NCBI GenBank assembly: GCA_951406725.2 | Contig: OX597827.1 | Span: forward strand, 13,578,001 to 13,642,000 | Source of the DNA: Octopus vulgaris | Taxonomy: Eukaryota | Direction: 5' to 3' | DNA length: 64,000 nucleotides | Part shown: piece after piece, positions 58,116 through 64,000 of the stretch | Numbering within the stretch: position 1 is the first letter of the stretch | How the letters are laid out: each line of letters begins with the position of its first letter | Made by a program: the position numbers and the translations under genes | Notes under the pieces: model-generated | Told to the model about the DNA's origin: nothing | The model's database searches: none | The model's input: only the letters and a program-made list of their open reading frames with translations

Positions 58116-58333
58116 CCCTTTAGAATCCGGATCACTCTATCAAATGAAATGCTTATTTAATTACTGTTTTGAATTAACCATGCATTATCTCATAGCTTAG
58201 AGATTTCGATGATTAAGTTAGTTATTTTTAGAATGGCATTGGAGGGTAAGTGTGAGAGGCCAGATCTGGCCAGTTTGAACATAAAACAAGTGGAATATTT
58301 TGGCAAGATCTGACCAGTTTAAATGCTAAAGAG
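58116..58333. mobile_element. Older piggyBac-type MITE
   Basis: TTAA-CCCTTTAG ... CTAAAGAG-TTAA. Confidence 0.85.
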
Positions 58334-58361
58334 TTAAGGGTTAATTCAAAACAGTGATTAA

Positions 58362-58582
58362 CCCTTTAGCATTTAAACTGGCCATATCCAGCCAAAAGTA
58401 TTCTGCCTGTTTTATGTTCAAACTGGCCAGATCTGGTCTCTCACACCAACCCTACAATATCGTTTTAAAAATTAACAGCTACCTCATCAAAATCTCATAG
58501 CTACAAGATAATGCCTGATTAGTTCAAAACAATGTGGATAAAAAAGCATTAATTTTTGCAGAATAATGTGAACACTAAAGGA
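58362..58582. mobile_element. Younger piggyBac-type MITE
   Basis: TTAA at 58358-58361 and 58583-58586; closely matches 2691-2910. Confidence 0.9.
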
Positions 58583-58838
58583 TTAAATAAAAATTTCATT
58601 TGATAGAGTGATCTGGTTGCTAAAGGGTTAAATGGGCAAAGTAATAAATTCTGGTTGGTGCTATTTAGTTCAAAAGATCATACTTTCAGCAGGTTGAGCC
58701 ACCTTGTAGGAGCTTTCTTTATTGGATTGTAAAGTTAGCTCAATCCTGGTAGGACAAACCCATGAACAATAGAATTCTGACCAGGAGTCTCCCTCATTAA
58801 TGTCCAGGGTTAGCATAACATGGATTATATTTGGCTTC

Positions 58839-59222
58839 GTGGAGGCGCAATGGCCCAGTGGTTAGGGCAGCAGACTCGCAGTCATAGGATTGCGGTTTCG
58901 ATTCCCAGACTGGGCGTTGTGAGTGTTTATTGAGTGAAAACACCTAAAAGCTCCACGAGGCTCCGGCAGGGGATGGTGGTGATCCCTGCTGTACTCTTTC
59001 ACCACAACTTTCTCTCACTCTTACTTCCTGTTTCTGTTGTACCTGTATTTCAAGGGGCCAGCCTTGTCACTCTCTGTGTCATGCTGAATATCCCCGAGAA
59101 CTACGTTAAGGGTGCACGTGTCTGTGGAGTGCTCAGCCACTTTACACGTTAATTTCACGAGCAGGCTGTTCCGTTGATTCGGATCAGCCGGAACCCTCGT
59201 CGTCGTAACCGACGGAGTGAAG
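58839..59222 (+). mobile_element. Head A / tail X SINE (sister of 23374-23757)
   Basis: Near-identical to the 23374 copy; TSD-like atat(t/c)tggctt. Confidence 0.9.
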
Positions 59223-59799
59223 AAATATCTGGCTTTACTTTCGTAGGAGTGGTGGGGGTAGGGTGTGGGTTGAGAAAGATTTGGCTGTTATTTCTAGCAG
59301 ATCAATCAAGCAAGTAGATGTTCATCATGTAAACTGATGCAAATTTGAATAACTCTTTGAACTCATGGTCGTATGCTTAGATACACAACTAATGGGTAGA
59401 TAAAATAGTCATTTTTGCTTCAAAATTAATATCATTAAAACCATTATTGATCATTATCATTAAAACAAAATAATTTTTGAAATTATTATCAAAATTATTA
59501 TAAAATCTTAATAAACAAAATCATTACTGAAGTATGAGTAATATAGATAAATTGCCATTTCCGCAAGCAAGTGAATCAGCTGTTATCTCTGAAATGTTAT
59601 ATTAATTCGAAGATCAAATAAGATAAGATAATAATTAATTTGCCAAGTGACATTGGGAATATAAATATATTCACACACACTCTCCCACACACATATGTAT
59701 GTGCGTGTATATATAACATATATAATATATATACATATATATATATATATATACATACATATATATACATATATATATATATATATACGTATATATATA

Positions 59800-59833
<34 letters not shown>

Positions 59834-59857
59834 TACATATATACATAATATATATAC

Positions 59858-59888
<31 letters not shown>

Positions 59889-59906
59889 CATATATATATA
59901 CATATA

Positions 59907-59976
<70 letters not shown>

Positions 59977-60071
59977 CATATATACACTTTATTTGTTCCA
60001 CATCCTCGCGTTGTTGTCTTTTTGTTTTCTTGTTTGGATTAACTTTATATACATACATATATATATAAATA

Positions 60072-60121
<50 letters not shown>

Positions 60122-60605
60122 ACGCATATATATTCATGGGAATAGAGAATATGAAAACAAGAAATAGACTAACGTATATATATAAAAGACAACGTACTTG
60201 GATCTGATGTAGAAGCACTCATTTTCGTCTTTTTTTTCAATTCCTGAGTTTAGTCACAGAATTGGAGACGTGTATGTACTTACTTTGAGGAATTTTCTTT
60301 TATTCTCTTTTTCTGTTGATCATAATATCAAGTTCAGCACATATTTTTTGTCTAGTAAATTATTCTATTGATTAAAATTCAATGAAGAGTTGCATTTTAA
60401 GTTTTGACATAAAAAGAACAGAACACGGTATGCCATTTTATGTGAAATAAATTGTGTAGTAGGAAGCGTGCTTCCCACTGCATTCTGAGATCAGCCCCAC
60501 TTCATGGCACCTTGAGCAAGTATCGTCTAGTGTAGCCCTGGGCCAACCAGTGTCTTGTGAGCGTACTTGGTGGACAGAAACTGAAAGAAGCCTGTTATAT
60601 ATATA

Positions 60606-60872
60606 ATGTTGCCACTTGATATGAAAATTTTTGTATTAATGGAAGACTTCTATAATTGGCTGATGAGTACTCAGCATTTTAAAACTGTTGTAATACTTAC
60701 AATATTTAATAAAATGATGTAGTACGAAACGATCGTACCAAATTACTGGAGTCATTCTTGTTGCTTATTTTGATTATAATCATCCCAAGGAGTTTTATGG
60801 ATAACACCATACAGAATTCTGGTGCATCTAAATTAAGTACCATATTCATTTGAATCTAAATTTTTGCTGAAC

Positions 60873-60875
<3 letters not shown>
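60606..60875 (+). mobile_element. AT-rich Penelope-like/retrozyme-type element in the (TA)n of an old CORE SINE (60460-60605)
   Basis: Carries the hammerhead at 60656-60741; parts recur at 11697-11781 (+) and 62834-63045 (-). Confidence 0.75.
60656..60741 (+). ncRNA. Type I hammerhead ribozyme, intact core, long stem II
   Basis: ttgg-CTGATGA-gtact...catttta..ttgtaa-tac-ttacaa..taaaatg...agtac-GAAA-cgatcg-TA-ccaa; predicted cleavage after A60737 (GUA). Confidence 0.9.
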
Positions 60876-60903
<28 letters not shown>

Positions 60904-60913
60904 TATATATATC

Positions 60914-60969
<56 letters not shown>

Positions 60970-61168
60970 GAGAGAGAGAGTTTTGAAGTGTAAAGGTGAT
61001 ATTTTTTAAAGTTATTTTTTGAAATAATGTTATGAAATCTTTTATCAGGATGTTACAAACCTTTCTGGGGAAGAAGTTATTTTCTAGTTTGTAAGCGCTT
61101 TCATTTAACCTTATACATGTGTGCAGATAGATATAGGTATAAATATAAATATATATATATATATATAT

Positions 61169-61433
61169 ATCACGTGATCACGTGACCGACCAGACCATGA
61201 GATGTTGTTACACATCGCTGGTCACAATGCGTTCGCATTATTTTAGCCTTCGAATGATGCCACCCCGAGCAGGCCAACAGAAGAAAGAGTGGTGAAAGAG
61301 TACAGCAGGGATCACCACCCCTGCCAGAGCCTCGTGGAGCTTTTGGTGTTTTACTATAAACACTCACAACGCCCGGCCTGGGAATCGAAACCGCGAGTCC
61401 ACTGCCCTAACCACTGGGCCATTGCGCCTCCAC
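61169..61433 (-). mobile_element. Head A / tail Z SINE
   Basis: Matches 47348-47647 with internal deletions. Confidence 0.85.
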
Positions 61434-62786
61434 ACATATATATATATATATACACACACACATACATTAGTGTGAGTGAGGAACATATAGACACATACAA
61501 ATATAAAAAGGCTTCTGTGCATTTTCTTTCGTTTGTTTTTTTTTTTGTCTTTGTTTTTGTTTACCAAATTCCATCACTGAAATTCACCGTGCAAAAAAAG
61601 GAATTAGGGCTTGAGACATCTTCAATTTTAAATGATATCAATAACAGCTTTTCTATTCACGCTTTATAATTAATGGCTTCTTACATTGGTACAAAATCAC
61701 AAATTTACTTTACATTCAGAATCGTATTCTCTTGATTTCTGTTTTATGATGTACTTCTTAGTACTTGGTCGAGATATTTAACAACTCTTCTTTGTAAAAA
61801 TCTTTACTACAATCCACCACCAAAAACAGAGAAAAAAAATAGCTGTTTTTACCTTCTGAAGGTTAACTGAAGTTAAAGGAAGCCCAGAGGAAAATAGTAG
61901 TTATTCCAGGAGCATGACAGCAACATATCCATAGATTTAACCTTAAAATGCCTACATTGTCGATAAGCAAAAAAAAAAAGGAAAAAATTATGGTTTTGCT
62001 ATAATAAAAATAAAACATTAAAAAAAAACATGAAAACTATCCCAAAACTTTTGATGTCAGGGAATCGAACTCAATGTACTGTTTTACATATTCATACATA
62101 TACATGCACACACACAAATATATGTATATATACACATCAAAAGATACTCTATACATCTAACTTAACATGGATGCCTTGTTAGAATATTGCATTATTAGCC
62201 TTGAGAGATGCTCTCATGGAGACATTTGGTGCATAAAAGTGCACGCATTGGATCATAGCAGACAAAATTTGCCTGTCTTTGACACTGGAATTCTAAGAAG
62301 GCATCCATGTTTGGATAACTTTAGGTATTAACACTGTTTAAGATTACTTTTTGGCATTAAAACTACCCCCATCACTAATAATTAACACACATACATACAT
62401 ACATACATACATACATACATACATACATACATACATACATACATACATACATACATACATTTATTTATTTTTATTGCATTTTTTATTGCATTTATATTTG
62501 TATAACATTGTTCGTTTTTTCCTCCCTTGTTTTTGTATATATTTGCTGCTTTCTTCTAAAGAATCTAATACTCTTAGTTTAGTTTTTCTTTGGGGCTGGC
62601 CAGATAGGAGCAATCTCAAGAATAATCAGCCGAAATTGTGAGGATAATCTGGTGCTTGACTGAGGAAAGGTAATTTCAAATGACCCGTCCTTGTTTTCTT
62701 TGTATCGTCTATCTGGATGTTTTGTTGTCCCTTTTTGTACCACCTAGCTGTCCGGATGTGTTGCATTCTTGTCCCATTTTGTATTT

Positions 62787-62835
<49 letters not shown>

Positions 62836-62869
62836 CCAAAAAATAAGCAACAAGAATGGATCCGGTAAT

Positions 62870-62954
62870 TTAGTACAATTGTTTCATACTATAACAATTT
62901 ATTAAAGCTGCAAATATTACAGCAAATATAATATTTCAAGTAATCTTCACCTAA
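62870..62954 (-). ncRNA. Decayed hammerhead homologous to 60656-60741
   Basis: ttag-GTGAAGA-ttact...agtat-GAAA-caattg-TA-ctaa; flanks match 60606-60780. Confidence 0.65.
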
Positions 62955-63069
62955 TTTCATATAGGTTTTCCAATAATGTAAAGTTCTCAAATCAATTAGT
63001 AACATCTTAGAGAATGTAAATATACCGATAAAGTTGTGGATGTGAGGATATATATATATATATATATAA

Positions 63070-63897
63070 CAAAAATCAAAGTGTATGACAGATTTCGTAG
63101 TTCTTTTAACATAATACATAAAAAATTCATCGAAATGTTAGGTTTCAAGTGCTCCAATATTACTATCCAAAGAAATGCAGTATTACAAATCCTTGCGATC
63201 ATTTCAAGGAAATGCATTTGTATTGGGTGAATTTGCCAGCTGATTCAAATGGTCGCATTTCTCTCATCAGAGGTACAAATAAATCGGTTAAAATAGTTTA
63301 AAAACTGAGAAAGCTTAAAATATCTCCTACTTACAGAACTTGAAGTCATATCAAGTAGTGTTATATTTTTTTGTAAAAATGTTATAATGTTTTTAAAAAA
63401 AAGTTCACAAGGATACAGAAAGGCTTTGTGAAGTGGAAAAAGTTCTGAAGTAAAACATTTGTGCGAATGAAAATGAACTTTAAAATATTTGTAAAAATAA
63501 AATAAAATGAGTCCACTTCACAAAGCCTTTCTATATTCTTGAAAACTTTTTTTTAAAAATGCTATAACATTTTTTGAAAAAAATATAACACTTCTCGATA
63601 TGACTTCAAGTTCTGTAAGTAGGAGATATTTTAGGCTTTCTCAATTTTGAAACTATTTCAATCGATTTATTTGTATCTCTGATGAGAGAAATGCAACCAT
63701 TTTTTTATCGGCTGGAAAACTCGTCCAATACAAATGCATTCCTCAAAATGATTGCAAGATTTTGTAATACTGCTTTTCTTTGGATTGTAATATTGGAGCA
63801 CTTCAAACCTAGCATCTCTATGAATTTTTTATGTATTTTGTATTCCCGTGACGAAGGAACTTGACCTACAATAATCTGTCATCCACTTTGATTTTAC
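63070..63897. mobile_element. Large inverted repeat (~365-bp arms) with a hammerhead-like motif in each arm
   Basis: Arms ~63072-63437 and ~63511-63896; motifs at 63191-63273 (-) and 63675-63760 (+); (TA)n flanks. Confidence 0.8.
63191..63273 (-). ncRNA. Hammerhead-like motif with non-canonical GCA site (partner 63675-63760 on +)
   Basis: cct-CTGATGA-gagaaatgc...gcatttcctt-GAAA-tgatcg-CA-agg; partner atct-CTGATGA-gagaaatgca...tgcattcctc-AAAA-tgattg-CA-agat. Confidence 0.65.
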
Positions 63898-63963
63898 TTA
63901 TATATTGCTCATATTGAGGTGTGCTGTAACAAAGGGTTTTCTTTTTACTTATATATATATATA

Positions 63964-64000
63964 TAGGGGTTGGACAAAATAATGGAAACACCTAGCATCA
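63964..64000 (+). mobile_element. Probable Tc1-type TIR start at the window edge
   Basis: (TA)n then aggggttggacaaaataatggaaacacc, resembling Tc1 termini; only one end visible. Confidence 0.55.

Noticed and set aside
62655-62695. ctgagga...caaatgacccgtc as a hammerhead (similar weak motif at 60200-60280)
   Set aside because: GAAA absent and stems unconvincing

Overview
AT-rich, microsatellite-saturated animal DNA. The repeat inventory (tRNA-headed CORE/V/Meta-type SINEs resembling the octopus OK/OR families) suggests a cephalopod, probably Octopus; this is an inference, not a database result. I found no convincing host protein-coding exon. Nearly all listed ORFs are microsatellite or SINE artefacts. 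The only real coding remnants are LINE fragments (RTE, CR1/L2-type, two R4/Dong-type RLE elements stacked in a TAA array) and a mariner C-terminus. Other elements are piggyBac-type TTAA MITEs, mariner MITEs, non-autonomous Helitrons and about 30 SINE copies. The most striking signal is a dense, sequence-diverse set of non-coding elements carrying minimal type I hammerhead ribozymes of the Penelope-like/retrozyme kind (CUGANGA...GAAA-palindrome-UH). Three occur as divergent inverted pairs (35848-36348, 36361-37360, 63070-63897). One of these has a tRNA-like Pol III head, i.e. a SINE-like head on a hammerhead tail. Further solo copies lie mostly in (TA)n tracts (50242, 60656, 62870, 39553). A second notable feature is an RTE 3' UTR built from structured ~55-62 nt units with a constant scaffold and a variable loop, expanded to a 13 x 62 nt array at 20449-21258. 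All folds and alignments were read by eye.
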